A stretch of DNA of 63,471 bases, the filler included, from Octopus bimaculoides (lineage: Eukaryota), in assembly GCF_001194135.2 (NCBI RefSeq). It is 6 parts of 4 records of this genome, joined end to end, with 100 filler letters (N's around TTAATTAATTAA, not from the genome) between each part and the next. Parts side by side here need not be neighbours in the genome. Positions count along the whole stretch, not along the records: positions 61,300 to 63,471 come from NC_069008.1; 5 more parts are not named here. One strand, 5' to 3'. Within the stretch, counting starts at the first letter, position 1. The number at the start of each line of letters is the position of its first letter. Below, in pieces: positions 63,457 to 63,471 of this stretch. Both the position numbers and the translations under genes were made by a program. The notes beneath the pieces are model-generated. The model made no database searches. It was given only the letters and a program-made list of their open reading frames with translations, and was not told the origin of the DNA.

Positions 63457-63471
63457 TTTATGTATATATTA

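Overview
AT-rich, microsatellite- and SINE-dense eukaryotic genomic DNA with many N gaps. The repeat families and gap padding suggest an octopus assembly, probably Octopus bimaculoides (inference). Most listed ORFs are artefacts of N runs or simple repeats. The best-supported gene is on the + strand, with four phase-compatible exons at 56442-60858. They encode Ig-like domain(s) followed by a complete hormone-receptor (HRM/HormR) domain, the ectodomain layout of an adhesion GPCR that continues past the window. The 58848-58949 exon is not translated in its coding frame in the ORF track. Weaker candidate upstream exons lie at 34-45 kb, promoter-like islands at about 8.7 and 15.7 kb, and possible 3' exons of another + strand gene at 1-8 kb. 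The rest is a transposon graveyard: two tRNA-derived SINE families, LINE fragments (RTE, R4/Dong, HERO, Penelope), a mariner relic, and hAT, pogo, piggyBac and Helentron-like non-autonomous elements. Less obvious signals are four Penelope-type minimal hammerhead ribozyme motifs with palindromic stem III, and a MITE carrying a perfect 40-bp telomeric-repeat palindrome near its centre. No CRISPR array, rRNA or intact tRNA gene is supported. Repeat boundaries are approximate and all protein calls come from motif recognition, not database searches.
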